A stretch of 38,032 bases of DNA from Basidioascus undulatus (Eukaryota), in the NCBI GenBank assembly GCA_000826855.1, contig JTLS01000045.1, forward strand, positions 1-38,032, read 5' to 3'. The translations under genes and the position numbers were made by a program. Position 1 is the first letter of the stretch. Every line of letters starts with the position of its first letter. The notes under the pieces were generated by a model. It was given only the letters and a program-made list of their open reading frames with translations, made no database searches and was not told the DNA's origin. Positions 10,238 through 21,069 of the stretch are shown here, piece after piece.

Positions 10238-12401
10238 ATGGGTATCAAGTCGCTCAGGTACGATCGCCCCGGGGTCAAGTTTGGAACAGAATCACGCTCA
10301 CGGCCCCTCCAAATCTAGCTCGCTGCTCTCGGACGAGTCGCCTAGTACGAAGATACCGCTTGATTATTGTATTTGACTAGGGTCTCATTGGACAACGGAA
10401 TGGGACTCAGAATGCATCAAGCATATGGACATCAAGACGCTCTTCGGACGCAAAGTCGCCATCGACGCGTCTATGAGCATCTACCAATTTCTGATCGCCG
10501 TGCGCCAGAAGGACGGCGAGATGCTCATGAATGAGTCGGGGGATACGACGAGGTGCGTCCGTTGCCAATTCGAGCTGCTGTACCGGCTGGGTGCTCATCC
10601 GTTGGGGGTCGGAGCTCAGTCACCTCATGGGCTTCTTCTACCGCACGCTCCGCATGGTCGACAACGGTATCAAGCCCGCGTACGTGTTCGACGGCAAGCC
10701 GCCGGAGCTCAAGTCGGGCGTGGTACGTCTCTGATGTCTCATCAATGGCTGGCTGGGTCATTGGGCGGGAGAGCGAGCGCTGATGCGCCCTGGGATGCCG
10801 GTGCACAGCTTAAGCAGCGTTTCGCCAAGCGGCAGGAGGCGACGGAGGAGGGTGAGGAGGCAAAGGAGACTGGTGCGTGGTTATCTTCTTATTCTTTGCT
10901 GTGTGCGGCAGGGTTGGGTGTCACGGCGGTGTACTGAGCTTCCGACGCACACCAACAGGCGACGCCGAGACGATTGACAAGCTCTCGAGGCGGACGGTGC
11001 GCGTCACGCGCGAGCACAACGAGGAGTGCAGGAAGCTGCTGGGCCTCATGGGCATTCCAGTCGTGGAGGCGCCGAGCGAGGCTGAGGCGCAGTGCGCGGA
11101 GTTGGCGCGCGGGGGCAAGGTGCGCACTTTCCTCGTCCCCCTCACCCTCTTTGATGAAAGCCGCACTCGAAAGTACACCCACTAACGTGAAAGGGCGGTG
11201 GTAGGTCTTCGCTGCAGGCTCGGAGGACATGGACACGCTCACGTTCAACGCGCCCATTCTGCTTCGCCATCTGACCTTCTCGGAGGCGAAGAAGGAACCG
11301 ATTGCGGAATACAACCTGAAGCTTGCAATGGAGGGACTGGAGATGGACCGCGAGACTGTACGCTTTCATTCATCACTCTTCTTCCGGGGTTGCCATCCCT
11401 CGAGCCACCGCCTTACCCGCGCTGCGTTCCCTTCCCGCCAGTTCGTCGACCTCTGCATCCTCCTCGGGTGCGACTACCTCGAGCCGATCAAGGGCGTCGG
11501 CCCCGCGACCGCGCTCAAGCTCATCCGGGAGTACGGCTCGCTCGAGAAGATCGTGAAGCATTACCGTGCCATCCAAGCCGAGCGCGAAGCGGAGGAGCCG
11601 GAGCCGGAGGAGGAGGAGGAACCCACGCTGGCGCCGAAGTCGGACGACGACAGCGACGCGGAGGAGAAGCCCAAGAAAAAGCCGGCGTCCAAGAAGAAGA
11701 GCAAGGGGAAGGGCAAGGGAGGGATCCAGATCCCGGCGGACTACCCGTTCGAGAAGGCGCGGAAACTGTTCTTGGAGCCGGAGGTTACGCCCGCGGACCA
11801 AATCGAGGTGCGTCTGGGCGCGTGCCTAACAAAAGGGCGGATAAGGCTGATGTGAAGTGCCCGTGGTGTGCAGATCGAGTGGAAGCAGCCCGACGTCGAA
11901 GGGCTCGTGCAGTTCCTGTGCAGAGAGAAGGGCTTCGCGTGCGTGCCCTCTCATTGTTTCCATTATTTTCCCGTCCTTTGTATTCACCGCTGACTCGCCT
12001 GCATCCCGATGCCCAGGGAGGACCGCGTGCGCAAGGGCGCCGAGCGGCTGACGAAGATGCTCGCGGCCAAGCAGCAAGGCCGCCTGGACGGGTTCTTCAA
12101 GGCTGTCCCGAAGGTGAAATCGCACGTCGACTTATTACAGTGCAGGAGCTGGATCTGACATGCACCGATCTCGCGTGTGCAACAGACGGAGGAGCAGAAG
12201 AAGCGCGAGGCTGCCAAGAAGAAGGAGGAGGCGAAGGGCGGCGCGAAAGGCAAGAAGCGCAAGGTCTGTCTTGTCCTGTCTTTCCCGCCTGGGATTTTAT
12301 AACATCTCGCTGACTGGACATCCGGTGATGATGTGTTGCAGTGGGACGAGGACGCTGGCAAGGGCGGGAAGAAGGCGAAGGCTTCTGGGTCGAAGAAGTG
12401 A
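10238..12401 (+). CDS. FEN1: Flap endonuclease 1 (FEN1/Rad27), 12 exons
   Basis: Spliced product: [48 protein letters not shown]...[11 protein letters not shown]...YVFDGKPP...[31 protein letters not shown]...[21 protein letters not shown], with PIP box QGRLDGFF and a Lys-rich tail. ATG 10238, TGA 12399-12401. Confidence 0.97.
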
Positions 12402-13073
12402 GGGGAAGGGGAACACTCAGGCTTTGACGATACCATAGGCACGTTAGCTGCTTTCGCGATTCATGTACGCCTGTGTACTGTAGCATTGCTTTTCTTGAGA
12501 CAGTGGTTTGTCTGCGAGCAGGCGATGGCCCAGCCGAGAGGAGGCGCGCGTACTGCGTTGGAGAGCAGATCGGGGGCGAGTATCGGGAATGCGAGGTCAG
12601 CAGTACGATGGTGGGGGGTGAAGTACGTTAAGATTATAAATACAGTGAAGAGAATGAATCCGCACTTTGGGGCCCGCAGAAGATCATGAGCGAGAGGCAG
12701 TGGAAAGGTTCCGCTCAATTAAGCCCTCCGCCGGCAAGACTGACATGCCAGACCGATAACAAGCGGCTGCAGACTAACTTCTCGAGATCTGAAGAGGTTT
12801 TGTATCCATATATCTTCGCACCATTCTCGCAAATCAAGTGTGATCGTGAGGCGCGGATCAAAGACGTGTGATCCATTCGGTTGACCTCGAGGGCTGTTAC
12901 GTCCGTTGCAGTCTCCCCGTCCATTCTGTTTCATCTAGGTCTGCTCAACCATATTGCCCTCCGCATGAGAATGACTATTCAATGCCATCATGCTGCATAT
13001 GCACGAAGCGAACAGCGCACGTCTGATGTTTGGATGACTCCAATTGCCTCCTAGCCCGTAAGGACCCTCCTCC

Positions 13074-13520
13074 TCACTCCTCGCCAGACTCCATCCCCTC
13101 AGTTACTTCAGGACTGGGACTTCTTCCTGGGTCCGCCTTGAGCGCGTGTACAAGCGTGAGCGACTTCGTCGCCGTCTTCTGGAACGGGAAGGGGTCGCTC
13201 TGTTTCCCACCCAAGCCTCAGCCGCATCTCAGAAGTTTCGCCGCCTATGAGGGATCCGAAAGACGCACCCGGTCAACGACCACGTCGTTCGTCAGCAGTC
13301 GCGGCCCGACGCTGAACGCCGCAAAGGCGAATGCGAACGACACCGTCACCTGTGTTTTCTCTCAACCTCAACACTCTTTCCTCTCTGCTGAAATAGGTGT
13401 AGCGGGTTTGGGAAGGTTAGCAGAACAGACCTCCGGGTGCGCCTTCAGTTGCGCAACGGAGCCTGTGCTGTTCAGTTTCCCACCAGCAGAGGCGACAAGG
13501 CGGGGGAGGGTCGGGATCAT
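13074..13520 (-). CDS. Probable NDUFA4/COXFA4 (MLRQ, B12D family)-like small mitochondrial membrane protein, 3 exons, possibly degenerate
   Basis: Splicing the GTCTGT..CAG and GTGCGT..CAG introns gives MIPTLPRLVASAGGKLNSTGSVAQLKAHPE-VTVSFAFAFAAFSVGPRLLTNDVVVDR-SDPFPFQKTATKSLTL...*. This resembles the NDUFA4 pattern KHP...TM...RL..DVxxDRxxPxP. Confidence 0.5.
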
Positions 13521-14300
13521 CGTTAATTTTGCCTTCGGAAAGTTTGAAAGACTTTGGTGACGGTACGAAAAGGACGAGTTCAAGACATCAGGGCAATATA
13601 TACGGAATAATGGGGTTGCGGTCAGTGTAGTTTTGCCGTAGTTACGACGCGCACCACAATGCACCAATACATCGCAGTAGGACGAAGAAACGCGAAGACG
13701 GAGGAGTGCAGCGCTGGCGCCGAGGAGTTTTACAAGTCCGCTGCGATATTGTTGTCATGGTGGGTCTGAGTGTGAACGATATGCAAGCGGATCGGGGGGC
13801 CTAAGATGTCCTAAGCATACACTGTGCAGTCTGGCCTCTACGCCATACAGGCGACTGTCCCCCTGTAAACCACAGATCATTTGCTTCGAACAAGAAAGAT
13901 TTTCTCCTCGGCTTCGGCTTCTCATCCGTTATCGAAGCCAATTGAACCTCCTACCGCTGATAGATAGGCAAAACGCAGTCTGATGCACTTTCAGGCCCGC
14001 AAGACCAACAGTGAAATCGGCCTGCAGATGACCTCGATGGCTTACGTGCGGTTGAAAACTGTCTGCCAACCAAGTGTGGTCGCCCGTCTTCTGATAAGTG
14101 GCCGTTGCACTTCTCGAAGCAGGAATGCACCTATAGGCGTTCCCGTCATGCTCAAACGGTCTGACTGGGCCAGTAGGTTATGTATAAGAGAAAAGGAAGC
14201 AAGGTGCTACATATCAGGTTTCCAATGTCATCCTCCGCCGCGCGACCGAGCAAAGGTTCCTGCAGCCGGAGCAATCACATTCCGCTCATCACTGTTCCTC

Positions 14301-14880
14301 CTACCCCATGACACCGCCGATCCGAATAACCTGACCCCACCCGTCAACCAGATCGAGATCCTTCTGGCTGCATGCGATCGCGAGCTTGGAGACGAGGACG
14401 ACCTCCCACGCGTTCGACCCCTCGGGCAGCTCCTCGTCGCTGTCCTCGATGCCGAGAAGAAGGTCGACCGATATTTTGATGCGCCGAATCGCTGGTAGAC
14501 CGGATCGATCGAGCTGTCTGGTGTTGTCCAACCTCCTCGTCCCAGTTCTTCGGGCGCTCGGACACCTTGATGGTTTCGAGAGTCGGGTGATGCAACGAAG
14601 CGAAATCGGGTTGTGCGAGACTGGACCACTTTGCCTCGAGTGCGCGCAGAGAGGGGCGACTCAACGCAAGCGGTGGCAAAGGTGGCACAAAGGGCATCGA
14701 GAAATTGAGCTCTGTAGGTTGGCCGCCGACGGCGCGAAGACTGTCGCTGAGCAGGAAGGGCGTGAACATCGGCATGCGGCACCTCGAATCCAAGCTCTTT
14801 GAGATTGGGCAAGTTGGAGCGCGACAGAACGCGGAGCACATCATCGGAGGCGCGAATGACAGGTTCACGTGGAAGGAAAG
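14301..14880 (-). pseudogene. Frameshifted remnant of an F-box/LRR (RNI-like) protein C-terminus
   Basis: Three successive frames give LRVLSRSNLPNLKELGFEVP, then SLRALEAKW...LHHPTLETIKV, then LDRSGLPAIRRIKISV...LAIACSQKDLDLVDGWG*. These are LxxLxL-type repeats ending in a C...LVD..G tail. Confidence 0.45.
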
Positions 14881-15056
14881 ACCCGATTTTACACGTCCGG
14901 CTGTCGGGTCGCAGTCGTACGCTGTTGACATCTTAAAGTCCTGGCGGATGAGCGGTCAACCACCCGGCTCATGCCGGGCTTTTGCGTATCGTGGGCGCAC
15001 TGATGCTGGGATACTCCTTATTTAGGTCCATTCCACGTGTGAAGTAGCCATCCATT

Positions 15057-15571
15057 TCAATACCCGTCCAGGCGCGTCGCCCCAGCCCCGAGGTCCTCCA
15101 CCGCTGCCCAATACTTGCTCTGCACGGCCTCCCTGATCTTGTCTCCCCAATGCCTGAACCACTCGCCCTCCCGCAAGCCCACTAAGCGCACACACTCACA
15201 TCCTCCGCGGTCCTGAGCCCCTCCTCCTCCTCGTGCCCCTTCTCCCTGACCCGCTCCCATCGCTTCAGCGCCCACGCGCTCCCGGCCACAGCCCAATTCG
15301 AGCGGCGCTGGACGATGAGGAAGACTTCGAAGGGCCCAATGTGGGACGCGATGATGAAGATGATGCCCGCGACGAGGTTGTTCAGGACTGCTACGACGGC
15401 GATGCTGAACGCGAGAGCGACGTAGGCCATCCCGAGCACGAGGGTGAGCGAGCTGAACAGCCGTCGGAATTGGATGGTGATGCGGTTCTCAGTTGTCTGG
15501 AACGCGACCTTTACGCTTGACAGCTGGGCCAAGGACGATTGCGCCGAGGCGCGGATGAGGGCCCGAAGCAT
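15057..15571 (-). pseudogene. Hypothetical two-TM membrane protein gene, apparently frameshifted at a short TG run
   Basis: ORF 15182-15571 has a long hydrophobic stretch (LTLVLGMAYVALAFSIAVVAVLNNLVAGIIFII). It continues in another frame as RLVGLREGEWFRHWGDKIREAVQSKYW...LDGY*, with the shift at about 15189-15199. Confidence 0.4.
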
Positions 15572-17860
15572 TAGCAGACGTCAAGACGAGAAGCTGGCTG
15601 AGGAGCACCTTTCTCGAGCTCCTCCAAGTCCCACCTATAAACATCCTTCGACTACTGCAAGTTAAGGTTATGTTTCAGTCGCTAAAAGCTTAGAGGGCAA
15701 CTAAACAAAATAAAGCTCACCTCGAAAACCTTGCCCCTCTCCTTGCGTTCACATAAGTCCGCATTCCACTCCCTCAAACCCCATCCCGCCAGACTCTGCC
15801 CCGGCTCAGCGCCTTCTCAAGGTATCCTCCCCAACTTCCAATTCCTCTCATACTCCTCCTTCCAAGGTCTTCCCTCATCCCCCGGCTTGAGGGCTCTCCC
15901 AGCGCCCCGCCGCCCAATCTCAACGTCACCCAGCCCCCACAACACGTCCTTGTGCGTGCCGCGTTTCGCGGGGACGTTGTCGAGTAAGACGAAGCGGATG
16001 GGCTGCCCGGGAGCGAGCGCGAGTGGGGGAGGAGCGGCTGAAGTGGATGGGCCGGAAGCCAGCGCGGACGAGTCGGCCGGGTGGGACACCCCCGGGCGGC
16101 GAAAAGTAGGACGGGGGTCAGGTCGAGCGTAAAGTAGAAAACAACATTATGTTCAAGTCGTATGCCTTGCAAGAGATCTTGAACGTCGGTGGGCGGTTGC
16201 CCTGCGAGAGGAGGTAGCGGTAGAGCAACTCGGGCTACAGGCAGGATTGCTCAGGTGCTGACTGCCTCAAGGAAATGTGAAGGGGAATGAGAAGCACATC
16301 TTTGGACAGGGCTGTATCCTCCAGCCGGACCTCCCGGCCATCGTTAGCGACGTCCGGGGCGATGGGCACCGAAGACGGAGACGCAGCGGAAGGCGGGTAG
16401 AGGGGCGCCGTGTCGTCCTGAACAGCGGTGCGTACTTCGGGGGTGAACTCATGTCGATATGTGCGGAAGATAATATTCTGGATGGGATGAATGTCCAAGT
16501 TCAAGGAGCATCCCAAGCTCATCCGGTTCTTCATCTCCTCGCTCAGTCTCATGCTGTGCCATGTGGCGACTGCACCGCATTTATGGCATTTGTGCGGGTA
16601 CCACGCTGCCGCATGGCAGATGCCGAGCATACCGTACATATATGTACGTTGCTTAGTGAGCCATGAGCTTTCTCTCTTCTCTGAGAAAGACGTTAACCGC
16701 ATTGTCGTGTATGTGAACTTTTACCGCACTGCAAAGGATCGAACGAAAAGTCGGGGCACTCGGCGTGGTAGTCGTGCGCGGCGCTGTTTGGGACGAGCCT
16801 ACGAGCGGTTGAGCCCATTCGCGGTTTGAACGCGCCGTTGGCTTTCTCCAACTGATAGAGCCTCTCAATACATTAGGAACATTTCCTGCAGGGGATCAGC
16901 CCCCTTCTCGGGTATGGAACGGCTTGGGCAGTCTGAGCAAACATGAACCACTCAGAGCGTGGTTGAAACGCAACGCTTTCGATGCGTTCAACAGAGTCCC
17001 GTTCGACAATCACAAAGGCAATACCTTGCTGTTGTACTAAGTGGACTTATTATTGCTTCATTTTTGGTCAAGAAAAGAGAGAAGGGTATGAGAAGTATGG
17101 AAACTCGTTCGTCACTGTATTGACTGAGTAACCCATGTGCTGCACATTGGGATTCCACAGCGAGGCCGCATCATTCTTGTTCTCAGGATTAAAAGTCGCT
17201 CATAAAGCTTATGTGGAGGGGGAAAGCCTCTAGACACCCATAGACAAGACGTTGCGGTAGCTTCGGGGTCCTGAATCTGAGCTGCTCGAACCGAGGGGAC
17301 GCAGTATGGCATGTTTTCTAGCTTTACATGCCCTGTTGCAGGTCGATACCCTGCTTGAACGGTTAAATACCAGGGCTATATAGATAATAAACATTTAGAA
17401 GTTTCTAAAAGAGTGCAGTTGCGTCTCGAGTTTCTCGGGGCTGTTGCGAAAGCCCTGTCGAAACAAAGCTGGTCATGAATCTGCTGAGCTTTTCCGCTTG
17501 AAATCTGTTGCTGTTCCTTATACATGGCCTCATAAACTACCTTGGAATTCAACGTGAGGGTGATGTGGCCGACTACGTTTGTCCATCTGGCAGGTACATC
17601 GACTCAGTCGTGCTCAAGCCGCTGACTGCCGGGCCAGCGGCAGTCCACCCGCTCTCCCCCAGGACACCTTCATTTTCGTAACAGTCTTCAGCATTAAGTG
17701 TTCGAACTTACTAATATTCTTGAATTCCAAAAGTCTCTTGCTTATACCCCCGGCAGCGCCCTCAACCGTCTCATCTCGCAAGAGCGCGGAACAGCTCGAC
17801 TGTCACATCCGTCTTTTGCCCTCCCACCCTCATCCAGTCCACTGCCCGCTCATCCTCGCC

Positions 17861-19288
17861 ATGACCCGCCACTCGCATCCAGCCCTCCCTTCAAAGGAAA
17901 GGAAGCGCACCAGCAAGAAGAAACGCTCCAGCACGGGCAGCGTCAACCCCAAGCTGTTCGCGGCGGGGACCGGCCAGCGCAGCAGTGAGTTTCGCCGGCA
18001 GGCGGCGGATTCTGTGGACTCAAAGGCGAGGAGCTAACCCAGCTTGTTTTGATGGCTCAAAGAGGACAAGCACAAGCGCATCCCTGAGCGTGCCCGCCGC
18101 GCCGCCGCTGTCGACCTTTCGCCGTCGCTCCTGAAAAGCGTGCGTAGGGCGTCGCCCACCAAGCAGCAGCAGCGCGAGTCGACGAGCGCGCGCGTCTCTC
18201 ACGCGCAGGCTCCGAAAGAGGGGCTCGAGAACTGGGAGATGGTGAAGGGAGAGCCGGAGGGAGCGAGTATCAGCGGCAGCGCGGATGGGAGCGAGAGCGG
18301 CTCGGAGTCGACGGAGGGGGACACGACTGGGGAGGAGGGCGAGCTCAACGAGGGATTGCTCGACGCTGCTGAGGACGACGAGTGCGTCTTCCCGTTCTAG
18401 CAATAGCTAGTAACCTTATTGATAACTCCGTCTGTACTATCAGTCCCGATGTCGACAAGACGCTCGTTCTCGTCCAGCGCCTGGAGGGTATGAAACCCGC
18501 CCCGTTCCCGCCCCCTCCCCGTGCTGACCCACGCGGTTGTAGGCGTCATGCCCGCTCTAGTGAAGAAGGAAGGAAAGGCAGTCCTCTCCTCTTTTAAGGA
18601 CCCGATGGACGGGCTCACGACCTGTATGGAGAAGGGCTGCAACATCGGCGAGTCCGGAGCGTGCGTGCAGTCCACAGCCACAGTTCCTCTCTCCCCTCCA
18701 TCTGCAGCTGATAGAATCGTTGGAGTTGGGCAGTGCTACAATGGAGGAGTACGATGGATCTCTTGCCACCGTCACCGAGTCGATCAAGGCGAAGAAGAAC
18801 GAGCTAGAGCAGGCGGCGGAGATCGGCAAGGTGCGCCTTTTTTCAGGGGTAAGCCGCACCGACGTTCACGACTCAACCTCTGCCGACTGTGACAGCGCAC
18901 CATAATCGAGCTCCACGTCCGCATCAAATACATCTACGAGCAGCGTGCCCAGCTCCGGGAGGAGTACATCGCGGGCGTGAAGGAGATCCGTACGTGGGGA
19001 CCGACCGGCTCCAGGACGAAAGCTCTGTTCAGACCGGGCATGCTGACGGGCTGGGGATGGGTTATCTATCATCAGGCAAGAGGTACGAGGCCGAGCTGGA
19101 CGAGATCACCGAGGCGCGGTACGAGGCGGCGCGCAAGTGGCGCAACAAGATCAATGCGGTGGCGAGCGACAAGAACGAGAAGAAGGAGATCAACAAGGCG
19201 CGTTCGGTGTATGGGCGTTTCTCCAAGGACAGCACGTGCTGACACCTGGACAACGCAGGCCCTCGCTGCCATTCTCGCTAGCTCTTGA
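17861..19288 (+). CDS. Uncharacterised protein with basic NLS-like N-terminus, acidic linker and C-terminal coiled coil, about 8 exons
   Basis: Frame-preserving splicing from ATG 17861 (MTRHSHPALPSKERKRTSKKKRSS...) through ...ESIKAKKNELEQAAEIGK-RTIIELHVRIKYIYEQRAQLREEYIAGVKEI-RKRYEAELDEITEARYEAARKWRNKINAV...-ALAAILASS* (TGA 19286-19288). Codon usage matches the conserved genes. Confidence 0.75.
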
Positions 19289-19799
19289 AACAGCCTTGGT
19301 AGGGGTCGAAGTTGTGCATTCTGAGATCGAAAGCAGCGACATTAATCCTGGAACAAGCGACCGCATGCCCATGACGGCGCGCTGCCTTTCTTGCGTGGAT
19401 GCGACACAGCTACCGCGGTAATGACAGCCAATGCACCGTTCAGCCTCACAGTCAAAACCACAGAATTCGAGAAAAAGGGCAGGATGTCAGCTCCCGCGCC
19501 GATGACGCAACCGCAGCAGACCAGTCCAAGTCGTGGTATGACTAACTAGCGCGCATTCGGCGGCGTGGATGAGTGTTGCTGTGTAGATACATGTAAAGGC
19601 GACTCATGCGAAGAAAGAAAATAGGCGCGGGGCGTGGGGTGATCGTGCGACGGCGGCGACAAGAAGCCTAGCGGACGGGTGTGATTGCGAAAGCAGATGG
19701 TGTACTGGAAGGTAGGAGGTCTTTATGATGCGTAAAGGGGCGTGTAGAGGAGGCCGAAAGAAAGGGAGGGGGGAAGGGCGAGGGGGGAGGGTGCCACGT

Positions 19800-21069
19800 T
19801 TACTGTAGGACACACGGGTCAGCGGTACAGGACGAGCGGACGATGAGAGGGGGAACGCACAATGTCGGTGTCGTCCTCATCAGGCAGGGGCGCCGCGGCA
19901 GCCTGCTCGAGCTCGCGGATGTACTGCGCCATGAGCGCGGGGTCGACTTCGACCTGGATTGCGGTTCGCCATCTCCCGTCAACAGCCGGTCACGCGACGC
20001 TCTCTGAGCAGCGACTTACCTCAGGGGGCGCAAGGGCGGGCGCGGCGACGAACTCGAGGGCGGGGTTGCTGGAGAAGCGCAGCATGCAGATCAGCACCGG
20101 CCGCCTAGTATGGCCGCGAGCGACCGACTCACCCGGCGAGCTTGCGGGCGAGCCACAGGAAGGGCTTCTCGAAGTTGTAGTTGGACTTCGCGGAGATCTC
20201 GAAGTATTGCAGGTTCTTCTTGCGGTGGAAGGTGACGGCACCGGTCTTGACCTTGCGCTCCTGCATCCGCGCACCCCATCGTCCACGCCCGTGAGCACCC
20301 TCGTCGACAGACCCAAAGGGTAACAGCGCAGCTGACGCACCTTGACGTCGACCTTGTTACCGCAGAGAACGATGGGGATGTTCTCGCAGACACGCTCGAG
20401 GTCGCGGTGCCAGTTGGGGACGTTCTTGTAGGTGATGCGGGAGGTGACGTCGAACATGATGATGCCGCACTGGCCCTGGATGTAGTAGCCGTCGCGGAGA
20501 CCGCCGAACTTCTCCTGGCCGGCGGTGTCCCAAACGTTGAAGACGATCTTGCCAAAGTTGGTGTCGAAGGGGAGGGGGTTGACCTCGACACCGAGGGTGG
20601 CTGCCGACGGACCCCACTCAGCCCGAAGTCCCGCTCAGCCGACCGAGCTGATCCGTGCACGCACCGATGTACTTCTTCTCGAACTCGCCGCTCAAGTGAC
20701 GCTATCGAAGAGAGTGTCAGAGAAACAATCGCTGCGATGGGGTGAGGCGCCAAGCTCACCTTGACGAAGGTGGTCTAGTGACGCGTCCGAACCAACCCCA
20801 GGCCCGTCATCAGCACTCGCCCAAGATGTCCGCTCAGCGCGCCGCACAACCCACCTTGCCGGTACCACCGTCACCGACTGCAATAGTCCATAATTCATCA
20901 GTCTACCCGGTCCAGAAACAAACGCGCAAGGCACAAGTGGGGACGCACCGAGAACGAGCTTGAAAGTGGGGATCTCAGCACCAGGGGTGGCCACTATTTT
21001 CGGTGACAATGCATGGTCAGTTCACGCGTCTTGAAATCATGGCGCCCGTGCGGGCTACGGCTGTGTACT
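19800..21069 (-). CDS. GSP1: GTP-binding nuclear protein Ran (Gsp1/Spi1), 10 exons
   Basis: Spliced product: [47 protein letters not shown]...[20 protein letters not shown]...GNKVDVK...[20 protein letters not shown]...LPDEDDTDI*. The ATG is inferred to be split A(21069)|TG(20993-20992). TAA at 19802-19800 follows the last intron. Confidence 0.97.

Noticed and set aside
11198..12313. Longest ORF in the track (371 aa, +)
   Set aside because: It is an out-of-frame shadow across GC-rich FEN1 exons and introns, with Arg/Gly/Ala-rich composition and no independent signal.
16800..17500. AT-richer stretch as a possible transposon remnant
   Set aside because: I could not identify terminal inverted repeats, LTRs, target-site duplications or transposase/RT motifs.
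19198..19258. GC-AG intron in the coiled-coil gene
   Set aside because: A GT donor 9 nt downstream (19207) is also in frame, so GC usage cannot be established from sequence alone.
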